This document shows positions 47,012-56,271 of a DNA stretch of 64,000 nt, piece by piece (within the stretch, counting starts at the first letter, position 1; each line of letters starts with the position of its first letter). Where the stretch lies: the sequence record MN445183.1, one strand, 5' to 3'. The position numbers and the translations under genes are program-made. The notes beneath the pieces are model-generated. The model did no database searches and had not been told where the DNA came from. It saw only the letters and a list, made by a program, of their open reading frames with translations.

Positions 47012-48318
47012 ACCAGAAAGAGTTTTTACTACTGTCTATCCGAAATTATGCGTACCGCGAGCGTGCCTGGGTAGTCAGCGTATTGTCCGTCAGCCAGTTT
47101 GATTACAACTGGATGCTGCCTGATCAGCCCCAGGGCCTGAAAGACTGTCAGGTTATCCGAACCCAGGACAACGGCGTCATCATGTTCTGGAACCCAGAAA
47201 CCAATCAGATGGAAGAGATTACCGGACTCGATCCGAACTTCCCGGTGTTTCGTGGTGATGACCCGATTGAGCTTGGGCCTGAAGATTGGTCCGTCATCAA
47301 AGAACCAACCACGACGACATTCGGCCGTGTGCTGGCTAACCTGTATTACTTCTATGACGTGCTGGGTGACCGTGCACCGTTCTTCAACCAGGAATTCAGT
47401 AAGAAGATGTTAGAAGGTTTCTTCGACAAACGCTTCCGTAATCCTGACCATCCACGTTTCCATGATGCCGACACTATCACCTATGATGAGTTCACGCGCT
47501 GTGTAAACAACGGGTTTGCGATGACGCCGTTTAGCCGGGTCTGTGTTGCGACCGCCTGTCCGGAAACCATGTATCCGCCGAAGTGGCTGATCGAGATGCG
47601 TGACAAGCTGTTTGAAGAAAACAAAGATCAGCTGCATGACCCGTTGGTGATGGGTCGTATCCAGGCGCAACTCCTGACCGCGTACAAAGAGTTCCTGGCC
47701 ACCACACCATCAAAGAACTCGTTCATCAAAGACAAGACCATTAATGACGCTTTCAACAAAATGTTCGTGTCCGGTGGTATTTCCACGAACTTCGGTGTCT
47801 CGACGGTGGTTACCCGTTCCTTGTACGAAGGCTGGGACCTGAAACAGTTACCTGCATTAGCGAACTCGTCTATTGAAGCCTCTTTCGGTCGTGGTGCATC
47901 CACAGCGGATGGTGGCGAAAAGGTTAAGATGCTGATTCGTGCTACGCAGAACATCTTAATTACTCAAGATGACTGTGGGTCGAAGTTAGGTATTCCGTGG
48001 ACCATCGACAAACATGCGGTGAAACGCCAGGTAGGCGCGTACGCATTTATTAATGGGCAGTCCACGTTATTAACCGAAGAGATCCTGAAGGCCCACCTTG
48101 GCAAGCCGCTGCTGATTCGTTCGCCTGACTTCTGTAAGAAGACACACGGCGACTCCTGTCGTTATTGTGCCGGCGCGCACAACGCCACGAACGATCGCGG
48201 TATGTCATCCGGGGCCTCGAAGATCGGTTCAAGTATCATGCTCCTTTCAATGAAGGCAATGCACAAGGGGAGTAAGATCGACTTAGTCGAGCTTGACCTC
48301 GATGAAATCTTCTTCTAA
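47008..48318 (+). CDS. rpoC: Virion RNA polymerase beta' middle subunit (phiKZ gp80-like)
   Basis: SLYEGW, RGASTADGGE, DDCGS, IRSPDFCK, CRYCAG and AMHKG motifs. Confidence 0.85.
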   Translation: MNQKEFLLLSIRNYAYRERAWVVSVLSVSQFDYNWMLPDQPQGLKDCQVIRTQDNGVIMFWNPETNQMEEITGLDPNFPVFRGDDPIELGPEDWSVIKEPTTTTFGRVLANLYYFYDVLGDRAPFFNQEFSKKMLEGFFDKRFRNPDHPRFHDADTITYDEFTRCVNNGFAMTPFSRVCVATACPETMYPPKWLIEMRDKLFEENKDQLHDPLVMGRIQAQLLTAYKEFLATTPSKNSFIKDKTINDAFNKMFVSGGISTNFGVSTVVTRSLYEGWDLKQLPALANSSIEASFGRGASTADGGEKVKMLIRATQNILITQDDCGSKLGIPWTIDKHAVKRQVGAYAFINGQSTLLTEEILKAHLGKPLLIRSPDFCKKTHGDSCRYCAGAHNATNDRGMSSGASKIGSSIMLLSMKAMHKGSKIDLVELDLDEIFF

Positions 48319-48321
48319 CAT

Positions 48322-48341
48322 GGCCCTTCGGGGCCTCTTTA
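48322..48341 (+). terminator. Short terminator
   Basis: GGCCC-TTCG-GGGCC-TCTTT. Confidence 0.55.
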
Positions 48342-48355
48342 GTTTAGAGGTTAAA

Positions 48356-49075
48356 ATGTTAGAATGTTTACTTGGCGGAGCGCCAGCCGTAAAAGACACA
48401 GGACCCGGCCCGCAGGATTTGGTGAAGTCTTACAAGGCCGGGCCGGGTAAACTCACCGGATTCTACGGCCGCGTGGGATCTGAGGACTTCATCACATACA
48501 GTCAACTGCGCAACATGGTAAACGTGTCCGGTGCGTTAAGTACCGATATCGGTTGGATGAAGCTCCACATTGACGGTAAAGTCCTTTTTGTACCACGTAG
48601 CCCTATTTGCACAAACATTACGTGGAATCAAATTTATAACGCGGGTGCGGTATATGGTATCCCCGGAGCGGGGGTGGTCTTCAACAACTTAACACCAAAA
48701 AATCAAAATCTGACCATAGTGGTGCAGGGGTATAAGTTTTTGGTGCGGTGTTTTGTTGGGGCTAACAGTAACCCCGTGGGTATTGACAACGGCGGTGCAC
48801 GTGATAGCTCATTAACCAAGGGTTGCGAATACGATCGTTTGATTTTGAACATGGGTGTGTCGATACAATCAGCTAACCAGGAAGGACCTATATTCGGTTA
48901 TGAGTTTTCAAACCCCTCAACGGCGGTGCATGTCGCCAACTACTCTTATTCGGCATTTAACGGAACCCAATACACGTTATCACGTAACGAAGGATGGGCC
49001 AGTGCATATAACCCAACATGGGCGTCGACTTCAGTCGGCTGGCTACCTGTGTTAGAGTTACTGGGTAAAGCTTAG
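48356..49075 (+). CDS. Virion structural protein of the phiKZ-like GPGP/WxKFxxDGKxLF paralog family
   Basis: GAGG RBS; TGPGP, GFYG, WMKLHIDGKVLFVP, GWLPVLEL. Confidence 0.75.
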   Translation: MLECLLGGAPAVKDTGPGPQDLVKSYKAGPGKLTGFYGRVGSEDFITYSQLRNMVNVSGALSTDIGWMKLHIDGKVLFVPRSPICTNITWNQIYNAGAVYGIPGAGVVFNNLTPKNQNLTIVVQGYKFLVRCFVGANSNPVGIDNGGARDSSLTKGCEYDRLILNMGVSIQSANQEGPIFGYEFSNPSTAVHVANYSYSAFNGTQYTLSRNEGWASAYNPTWASTSVGWLPVLELLGKA

Positions 49076-49143
49076 TTAAATCCAAGATAATGCAACTACA
49101 GCGGTCTTACGGGTACAGTGCGAATCTCTAACGTAATTCATTC

Positions 49144-49159
49144 CTACATTACTAAGGTG
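49144..49159 (+). promoter_or_regulatory. Promoter motif copy
   Basis: CTACATTACTAAGGTG. Confidence 0.65.
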
Positions 49160-49286
49160 GATGCCAATCGGTGTCCGCTTTGGTAATCCTTTTATGCTGA
49201 CCTATTTGTTAAGTTAGACATAAAAGACTAATCTTAATGATAGTCGACTATAGCCGGCTGAATTTAAGCTTTGAAAGGAGTGGTAT

Positions 49287-50078
49287 ATGTATGCGTTAGA
49301 GTTGCTAACAGTATCAGGGACTGACGCTAAGCATTTGAACATCTCCACCGATGAACATGATTTCATCAAATGGCGGAGACTGCTGCAGGAGGGTCTGTTT
49401 AAGAACAAAGAGTTCAATCAGATCTTCACCGAATCGGCGAGTCAAAACATCGACTCATTAAAGTTCCTTGATGACCAAGACAAAACGTTTGAAGATTTGA
49501 ACCAAGCTCGTCGAATGGCTTTCAAATACATCAACTCGGTGGCGTGTAAAAAAGGGGAAGACCTGCGCCAGATCCTGAACATCGGAACGTGGTTAGACGA
49601 ACCTGGTTATATTGGATTCGAAGACGGAAGCAAACAGTACACGCCTTCGTTAATTCGCGCCATCATGCGAATGGATGCCTGGGCCAGTTCGATTACAGTT
49701 AATCCGTTGGCACAGGACCGTTGGCCCCAAGGCGCGGAAGTAGTTAATGAAGACATGAACCAACCCATTCCGTATCGTGATGAACAAAAGGACATCTGCG
49801 GGTGTGTGATGATCAAACACACGGAAGACCCTGGGTTCGTGGTGTTTCTAACACGTCGACTTAATGCATTCCAGCAAAACCCCCTTCCGTTATATAACGC
49901 ACTGCGTACCAAGCTTCCACGCTTTGGTCGTATGTACGATCGCTGTCATGGCCAGGATATTTACTATCAGGTCATTGCCAAAGGTGACGAGGCGGTGTGT
50001 CGTAAGAAGACACAGGAGATGCTGGCCAAGTACGTTGATGACATTCGCTGCCTCAACTTTGAATCGGGGAATTGGTAA
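49287..50078 (+). CDS. Degenerate GIY-YIG-like protein
   Basis: AAGGAG RBS; LLQEGLFKNKEF and LNIGTWLDEPGYI shared with 52696-53478. Confidence 0.6.
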   Translation: MYALELLTVSGTDAKHLNISTDEHDFIKWRRLLQEGLFKNKEFNQIFTESASQNIDSLKFLDDQDKTFEDLNQARRMAFKYINSVACKKGEDLRQILNIGTWLDEPGYIGFEDGSKQYTPSLIRAIMRMDAWASSITVNPLAQDRWPQGAEVVNEDMNQPIPYRDEQKDICGCVMIKHTEDPGFVVFLTRRLNAFQQNPLPLYNALRTKLPRFGRMYDRCHGQDIYYQVIAKGDEAVCRKKTQEMLAKYVDDIRCLNFESGNW

Positions 50079-50389
50079 TGCCTAAATCTACGTTTAACAT
50101 CACGATCCCGAAGTTTGATCAAGAGCACTTCACGTTCTGTAAACATATTCAGGGATTGCGTCACAAAGGCATCCAACCAAAAGTAGAGCTGGTTGGGTTT
50201 GTGGTGTACGACGGTTTGGCGGTGGCCGGTCAGGATCACACACGTCGTATTGACCTGAGTAAGGTACCTGACCAGTACGGTATGTTGGATGAGCAGGAAG
50301 TCATCCTTGCCATCAATGCTACGTGCGGTACCAGCTTCCCGGATACCTGTCGAGTGGCTAAAGCGTTAGAGGTCAGTTATGAGTCTTAA
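50078..50389 (+). CDS. Hypothetical protein
   Basis: TAATG coupling. Confidence 0.6.
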   Translation: MPKSTFNITIPKFDQEHFTFCKHIQGLRHKGIQPKVELVGFVVYDGLAVAGQDHTRRIDLSKVPDQYGMLDEQEVILAINATCGTSFPDTCRVAKALEVSYES

Positions 50390-50726
50390 GCATCGCGAAC
50401 GTAACAACGTGATGTTGGTCAATAACGACGAATGGAACGATCGTTTCTTTAAAGCCTGTCAGGCGGCTAAAGATGGTCGGTTCATGAATCAACAGGTAAA
50501 CATCATTGCCTGGAAAGCGTATCGTCGTGGCGGGATGATTGATTTCCGCACCGAGACCAAGATCGACATCACCCTGGAAGCCATGTCTGGGCAGAAGCCA
50601 CCAAGCTTCAGTGATTACATCAAGTTACTGAACAAGCATGACCAGGCCGGGATCAACGACGACGGTGACGTGACGTTAAGTCTCACCATCGAAGTTAAGT
50701 GTTTAGCCAGGAAGAAGGTAAAATAA
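50379..50726 (+). CDS. Hypothetical protein
   Basis: GAGG RBS. Confidence 0.6.
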   Translation: MSLKHRERNNVMLVNNDEWNDRFFKACQAAKDGRFMNQQVNIIAWKAYRRGGMIDFRTETKIDITLEAMSGQKPPSFSDYIKLLNKHDQAGINDDGDVTLSLTIEVKCLARKKVK

Positions 50727-50810
50727 TCATGCGGTTGATTTTGGGAACGAGTATCTGGTGATGCACGTTTCTGACTGACGATCTTATGTGTTTTGTTATC
50801 TGGAGCTATC

Positions 50811-51137
50811 ATGAAAGAAACTATCCTTATCACGGATGAAGCTTACCGTGGCGACATGGAGAAGCTGTGGCGTACTGTACGTCGTTTACGTGACTCTACG
50901 CAATACAGCAATGTAACTTTCACTATGCAGAACTGGATGTTGTCCTGTGACGGTGAAAAGATCAAGCACGGCTTGAACCAGGGATTGAATATTACGGATC
51001 TGTTGTTCCGCCTACCGTTGGCACCAACCAACAGTGAACTGATCGATGCCATGAAAGCAGGTGGTGTTGATGTAGCCAGTGAACTCCCTGTGCATCTTAC
51101 CTTTACGGTGGATGTGGAATACACCCGAATCGCATAA
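50811..51137 (+). CDS. Hypothetical protein
   Basis: GGAG RBS before ATG 50811. Confidence 0.6.
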   Translation: MKETILITDEAYRGDMEKLWRTVRRLRDSTQYSNVTFTMQNWMLSCDGEKIKHGLNQGLNITDLLFRLPLAPTNSELIDAMKAGGVDVASELPVHLTFTVDVEYTRIA

Positions 51138-51191
51138 ATCGGCATAAAAGAGCCAGGGTTCCGTCAAGGACCCTGGACTCTTTATTTATGC
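51132..51191 (+). terminator. Bulged hairpin with GCATAA/TTATGC flanks
   Basis: GCATAA twice; AAAGAG-CCAGGGTTCC-GTCAA-GGACCCTGG-A-CTCTTT...TTATGC. Confidence 0.75.
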
Positions 51192-51498
51192 AGAGGATAT
51201 ATAGCAGGCAACCTATCAGTAGCCAGCCGATAGGGTATGACTAACAACAACGGGCAAGACTTCGCTCTATATAATACACAGGAATACGAAACATGTTTGG
51301 AGTTATGATAGTGCACTTTATCGTGATTATTAGTATTAACTAACACGATTATTATTTAGTATAATAAGTGGCAGTATTATTACTATTAAATATATATTGT
51401 CATAAAAGTCTGTCTCGTTAGCGTTAGCTCGCTAAGAAATCAATAATGACTTCTATACGAAGAGATTATAATGTACATTTTTACATAAGAGAAAAACC

Positions 51499-52149
51499 AT
51501 GAATCAAGAACTCGAACAGGTTGTATTGAATGTTGCAGATGCATTGAACGGCTATGATCCGAGTACCTATCCCATGCTGGAAGCTTATCGTCATCACATG
51601 CGTTTGATCATTCGTCCAGAAGATCAAATTTATCAACTGTTTAAACTGGTAGATTTGAACGATAAAGAACTGCAAGATATCCTCCAGTGTCGAGGTATCG
51701 AAGTGGTGAAACTAAATGACCAGTTAACCGGTCTACGTTTAGAACATCACGTTAGCGGTGAAGCGCCAATCTATTGGATCGAATGCAACACGGAATTGCG
51801 TGGGATGCCAATGAGCGAGTTCTATGACAGCCTAACCAATTTCATGGCAGCTATTCCAGAAGAGAAGCATCACCTTCAACGTATCAAACTCACCGGATGC
51901 GGTAAACTCATCCCATGGCGCAGTGCATTGAATCATATCGTGGATAACCCACGTGAATTGATTCTGGGTTGTCTTAACCATCCCCATCGTTTCTTCACAC
52001 CGTCAGCAGACCTTTATGTGCGCTCTAAGGCACGCACAGACGACGCAATCTACCCAGCCAGTGACTTTGTATCACTGACTGACGTGGAGCCGTCAGAGAG
52101 CCTCTGGTTCACGATTCGTAGCGAAGTACGCAGTACCACGGTGTTGTAA
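51499..52149 (+). CDS. Hypothetical protein
   Basis: 216-aa ORF after an AT-rich intergenic region. Confidence 0.7.
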   Translation: MNQELEQVVLNVADALNGYDPSTYPMLEAYRHHMRLIIRPEDQIYQLFKLVDLNDKELQDILQCRGIEVVKLNDQLTGLRLEHHVSGEAPIYWIECNTELRGMPMSEFYDSLTNFMAAIPEEKHHLQRIKLTGCGKLIPWRSALNHIVDNPRELILGCLNHPHRFFTPSADLYVRSKARTDDAIYPASDFVSLTDVEPSESLWFTIRSEVRSTTVL

Positions 52150-52160
52150 GGATATACATA

Positions 52161-52670
52161 ATGCGTAAATCTGATACAACCCAATCTGACGTACCGTGTT
52201 CATCAGCGACGACGACTGCAAGCGGTGCGCATATGCATAACGACCCATTGGCCGAAGTAGCCCCGCTACCCATTTACGAAACCCGGCCTATTCAGAAGAA
52301 GGAAGAACCCGTGTCAACACCCGCGAATGGTAATGACGTTAATGTCATGAAGCTGCTGGATTACGACCCTAACAACACGCCGATTGACGTGGACCGTTAC
52401 ACTGAAGAACAAAAGCTGATGCATGATCTGGGTGTGCGTGCTGAAGCCCGTTTGGCCTCGTTCATGGACAGCTGCCGTAAGCTTCGCGAAATGAAGCCAG
52501 AAGGTTGGCAGATCCAGGTTTCCCTGTTCACTAACAACATGGTTGATCTGATGTTTGAAGGCCGACCACCGCTGGCGTCAACGGAACGCCATAAGGCGAC
52601 CATGAAGTTGGTGTTGCGTGCCACATTGGTTAACTTGGTCACCAGCCATGACCAGGAAAACCCGCAGTAA
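52161..52670 (+). CDS. Hypothetical protein
   Basis: AAGGA RBS. Confidence 0.6.
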   Translation: MRKSDTTQSDVPCSSATTTASGAHMHNDPLAEVAPLPIYETRPIQKKEEPVSTPANGNDVNVMKLLDYDPNNTPIDVDRYTEEQKLMHDLGVRAEARLASFMDSCRKLREMKPEGWQIQVSLFTNNMVDLMFEGRPPLASTERHKATMKLVLRATLVNLVTSHDQENPQ

Positions 52671-52695
52671 CCTGCTTGACTAAAAAGGTAAATCT

Positions 52696-53478
52696 ATGTT
52701 TATTAATAAACAGTTCCCGTTAGTGCATTTGGTACGGTTTCGTAATGGGACCCCACTGATGTACATGACCACCATCATGGACCAAGAGCGCGCGTATGAA
52801 TCAGTGAATCATTTCTTACGTCGTGGTATCTTTCAGAACCTGGCATTCCAGGCGGCGTATGATAAAGCCAAACTCCACATGGGGTTGTTGGATCCCGACC
52901 CAAACGATCTACTGGTGCATCAGTTCATTGAGATCGCCAATACGTCGGGTTACAATGCAGGCCATTGGTTGATCCGTGATTATCTGGCCCGTAACATCGG
53001 TTTAAGCAATATTGTTAACATCGGGGATTGGTTGGATGACGAAGGGTTTATCGATGTCACCCCACCGGATCAGGATAAGCGTAAGTATTTACGTGTCACC
53101 GACATTGGTAAGTATTATGCGGCAAACGGGTGTTTCGACACCAACGTGTTCCCGTTGTATATCTTAGCCAGTGAAGACAGTCAGATCCAATCCACTGGCC
53201 TGTTGGAGAACCACCGCGATCCTCAGCCTAAGCATGTTGGGTACGACACGGTGATGGGTGAAGGTACTGTTGCCTTGGCCTATGATAACCTGGTCTTGGT
53301 AGACGATGCCGATCTGGAGGTGATTAAAGAAAAACCGATCATCGCTAACGGTCGTCTGTACAGCAGCATTGATCAGTTTGCCAAAGCCCGTAACTTACCA
53401 GCCTGGTTTATACTAGAACAAATCAACAACGCTGAAGATATGCGTTATGGCTTTGCAGCGGATTGGCGTTTTGTCTAA
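52696..53478 (+). CDS. Degenerate GIY-YIG-like protein with C-terminal NUMOD1-like domain
   Basis: FLRRGIFQNLAFQAAYDK; C-terminal KPIIANGRLYSSIDQFAKAR. Confidence 0.6.
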   Translation: MFINKQFPLVHLVRFRNGTPLMYMTTIMDQERAYESVNHFLRRGIFQNLAFQAAYDKAKLHMGLLDPDPNDLLVHQFIEIANTSGYNAGHWLIRDYLARNIGLSNIVNIGDWLDDEGFIDVTPPDQDKRKYLRVTDIGKYYAANGCFDTNVFPLYILASEDSQIQSTGLLENHRDPQPKHVGYDTVMGEGTVALAYDNLVLVDDADLEVIKEKPIIANGRLYSSIDQFAKARNLPAWFILEQINNAEDMRYGFAADWRFV

Positions 53479-53523
53479 CCCACATCCTATGTAACCACCC
53501 TTTCGTGATTAAGAGGATTACAT

Positions 53524-54252
53524 ATGGGCAAGCAACGTAAAAACAACAAGGAGACCACCGTGTCTGATGTAGAAAAGAAAGATGAACAACTGCCTGATGC
53601 AATTGAACAGACTGGCGAAGCCAATGGTCCAGATGACCGTGATGTAGGTCAGGAGCCTGGAACTGAAGGCCCGGTAGGTGAAGCATCCGCTGATGAAGGC
53701 GACGGTGAAACTGAAGGTCAGGACGACAGCGACTTTGGTGAAGAACCAGCGCCAGAAACCGTGACGTCGCTGGCGCAGCTGGCCACGGCTAATGACAAAC
53801 CGGCGTTCGTTGAACCGAAGTCTGATGAAGCCGATGCGATCATCAACTACATTCGCGAATACGTTGTGAAAATGGATCCATCCAAATACAACGATGCAAA
53901 AACCGGTGTGCCGGCGCAAGCGCGTCTGTACCGCATGATCGTAGCACTGATGAAGCTGGAGTTCACGTCGTTCAAATCCGGCATGGACCAACTGCTGTCG
54001 TTGATCCACGAATACCGCGCAGCGGCGTTCAACGATATCTACAGCCGTCGCTTCTTCGAAAACCTGTACCCGACTCTGACTCATGCTCAGGTACGCGAGT
54101 TTGACGATCTGCTGAACGTATTGGTTACCGTCGGCGTGTCGTCTAACCGTAGCCGTGCAATGACTCAGATCGATCTGGCCGCTGCACTGAAATCTGTGAA
54201 AGACGCTAAGTCTCATCAGAACATGTCGGCATACTTCAGCGCCCTGCGCTAA
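53524..54252 (+). CDS. Conserved protein with acidic disordered N-terminus (phiKZ gp81-like)
   Basis: GAGGA RBS; D/E-rich first ~80 aa; YVVKMDP motif. Confidence 0.7.
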   Translation: MGKQRKNNKETTVSDVEKKDEQLPDAIEQTGEANGPDDRDVGQEPGTEGPVGEASADEGDGETEGQDDSDFGEEPAPETVTSLAQLATANDKPAFVEPKSDEADAIINYIREYVVKMDPSKYNDAKTGVPAQARLYRMIVALMKLEFTSFKSGMDQLLSLIHEYRAAAFNDIYSRRFFENLYPTLTHAQVREFDDLLNVLVTVGVSSNRSRAMTQIDLAAALKSVKDAKSHQNMSAYFSALR

Positions 54253-54256
54253 GTCA

Positions 54257-54313
54257 GCATAAAGGAGCCACTGCTTCCCTGCTTGCGCGGGGAGGCAGGG
54301 CTCTCTTTTATGC
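54257..54313. terminator. Bidirectional bulged hairpin between convergent genes
   Basis: GCATAAAGGAGCC-A-CTGCTTCCC...GGGAGGCAG-GGCTCTCTTTTATGC. Confidence 0.75.
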
Positions 54314-54353
54314 CGTTCTTTTTTTTTTTATAAGAAACCAATCGCCCAACTTA

Positions 54354-55037
54354 TCAAGGTATCCATTCGAGCACAGGACGCCAGGAAAAGGAACTTACCG
54401 GTGTATTTTTCAACGACCTCGATACGCTAGCAACAGCATAATAAATACCCAATGCCCTAGTGCTGTCACCATATAAAGTTTCTTGGCACGGAACAAAGGT
54501 GGCAGACATCGGTATCACGATGGAATCCCACTTAGCACCGTTTTCAGTTGTTTCGGCCGACACCGTGCTGGCGATTGGATACATGCAGCGCGCCCATTCT
54601 GAGTTATTGATCGTGCTGTCTGGCGCAGGATCGGTTAGTGCTGCACGCGGTAACCTAACAGTGAACTTGGCATCTGCTATAGTGATCTCAGTTGTAGGTT
54701 GTCCATTTCGCCCACCATACACCAATCTACCAAAATTGAGGTTGTTCCAGTAACTACCATTAGCAATGCTGCTTACGGGCATAAACAATATTTTCCCATC
54801 AAGCAAGAACTTTAACCACACAGCTGAGCCACTTACGACATTACCCACGGTGTTGCTGTAAGGTATCTTACTAACTAGTTCCTGGTTACTGAACCATCCA
54901 CTGGCAATGGTGCCAGTGACAGAGCCGAAATAACCGGTCTCTCGCCCGTTACCATCCGTCCAATAGCCAACGAGTTCACTGGGGCCCGGTCCAGTGTTGT
55001 TAGTCGATTTTCCCCCACCCATTATCATTTCCAACAT
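54354..55037 (-). CDS. Virion structural protein, paralog of 48356-49075
   Basis: TGPGP, GYFG, WLKFLLDGKILFMP, SWRPVLEW. Confidence 0.75.
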   Translation of the reverse strand: MLEMIMGGGKSTNNTGPGPSELVGYWTDGNGRETGYFGSVTGTIASGWFSNQELVSKIPYSNTVGNVVSGSAVWLKFLLDGKILFMPVSSIANGSYWNNLNFGRLVYGGRNGQPTTEITIADAKFTVRLPRAALTDPAPDSTINNSEWARCMYPIASTVSAETTENGAKWDSIVIPMSATFVPCQETLYGDSTRALGIYYAVASVSRSLKNTPVSSFSWRPVLEWIP

Positions 55038-55057
55038 AGTAAAAGTCCCGTTATAAT

Positions 55058-56170
55058 TTATTCGACACCGGTCATAGGTAGAGACACCCAGTTGCGTTGC
55101 CACATCGTGCTGTAACCCGGTATCTTTGCAGTAACCGTATCACCTCGGAACGCAAAGCACCCACGGTCGTAGCACACCTGAAGGGCGGCTGATTGGTTTC
55201 TCAGAAACACGGGATTTTGTAAACCGGTTGTATCCAATTTCATGAGTGTGGCGGTACTTGCCGTGGCGTCAGCATCATAGCGTGGATATGTGCCAGAAAA
55301 ATACCAGCCATCCGCAAGTTTAACATAAACGCCATACGTCTTACCCACCACGTCTAACACGGTTTCAGGATGTGCATACCAGCTGGTCCTCGTGTTGGCA
55401 ACACCGTTCCCACCCATCACCCCGTCAGCCAGCTGACCAAATGCTTGTGCGCCCGCCGAAAATAACGTGGTGCCGCTCAAATAATGAGTGGCGTAGTAAC
55501 TTGAGGTGAATTTGTCGACGTTAGTTGCAAACGCCCTGGCTACTGGCGTTGGCCCGCTACCAACTGACCCGGACACCCCATACGCATCGTTACCCGTAAT
55601 CAAGAGACGTCGGTTAGTGTCAAGGAAGAGGTTGTGTTCTTGCGGTGAATCAGAAGCGACGGGGATCGCTCCGCCCATATTGGCCATGAGTATAAAGCTG
55701 TGAACTTCAGAACCAGCCGAAGACCCTAGCCCCTGCCATGCGTTACGGCCGGCACCATATAACGTTCCATTGGAGCCGATAATAAAGGTGTTAACGCCAG
55801 CGCCGCCGTTGATACTGACTATACCTAAGTTACCAGCTATAGCGGTGCAGTATGAAGAGACATTGGTCTTTACTGCAACGTTTAATGCTCCAAACATATA
55901 CCCAAAGTAACCGATCGCCCACCATTGCTTGTTATTCTTTCTCCAAAGTAAAGACCCGTTACTGCAAAACCCAACGGTCTCTACATCCGTATCGATTAAC
56001 TTCCATTTTGTTAACACGGCTGATGTGTTGTTCTCATCCGCTAATCGCCCAGCGTTACCAGTGACGTATAAATTACCTTTCATGGTGAGTATCGCGGGAC
56101 ACGCACCAAACGCATACCACTTTAAAGGCGCAGCACCCGCAGGAGCCCCGCCAAGCATCATTTCTAACAT
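55058..56170 (-). CDS. RCC1/BLIP-II-like beta-propeller protein, probable tail/receptor-binding component
   Basis: Repeats GNLYVTGNAG, GTLYGAGRNAWQGLG, LLITGNDAYGVSG, LFSAGAQAFGQLADG. Confidence 0.65.
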   Translation of the reverse strand: MLEMMLGGAPAGAAPLKWYAFGACPAILTMKGNLYVTGNAGRLADENNTSAVLTKWKLIDTDVETVGFCSNGSLLWRKNNKQWWAIGYFGYMFGALNVAVKTNVSSYCTAIAGNLGIVSINGGAGVNTFIIGSNGTLYGAGRNAWQGLGSSAGSEVHSFILMANMGGAIPVASDSPQEHNLFLDTNRRLLITGNDAYGVSGSVGSGPTPVARAFATNVDKFTSSYYATHYLSGTTLFSAGAQAFGQLADGVMGGNGVANTRTSWYAHPETVLDVVGKTYGVYVKLADGWYFSGTYPRYDADATASTATLMKLDTTGLQNPVFLRNQSAALQVCYDRGCFAFRGDTVTAKIPGYSTMWQRNWVSLPMTGVE

Positions 56171-56214
56171 AGTAAGGATCCCATTGTAATTTTGGTTGCT
56201 ATAAAATCGGCCGG

Positions 56215-56271
56215 CATAAAGCCCTCTGGCTCCCCATGTAGGGAAGACCAGAGGTTAAGACAACTTTATGC
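56215..56271. terminator. Bulged hairpin with GCATAA/TTATGC flanks
   Basis: GCATAAAG-CCTCTGG-CTCCCC...GGGAAG-A-CCAGAGG...TTTATGC. Confidence 0.65.

Noticed and set aside
53518-54216. 232-aa antisense ORF
   Set aside because: Shadow of the 53524-54252 gene.
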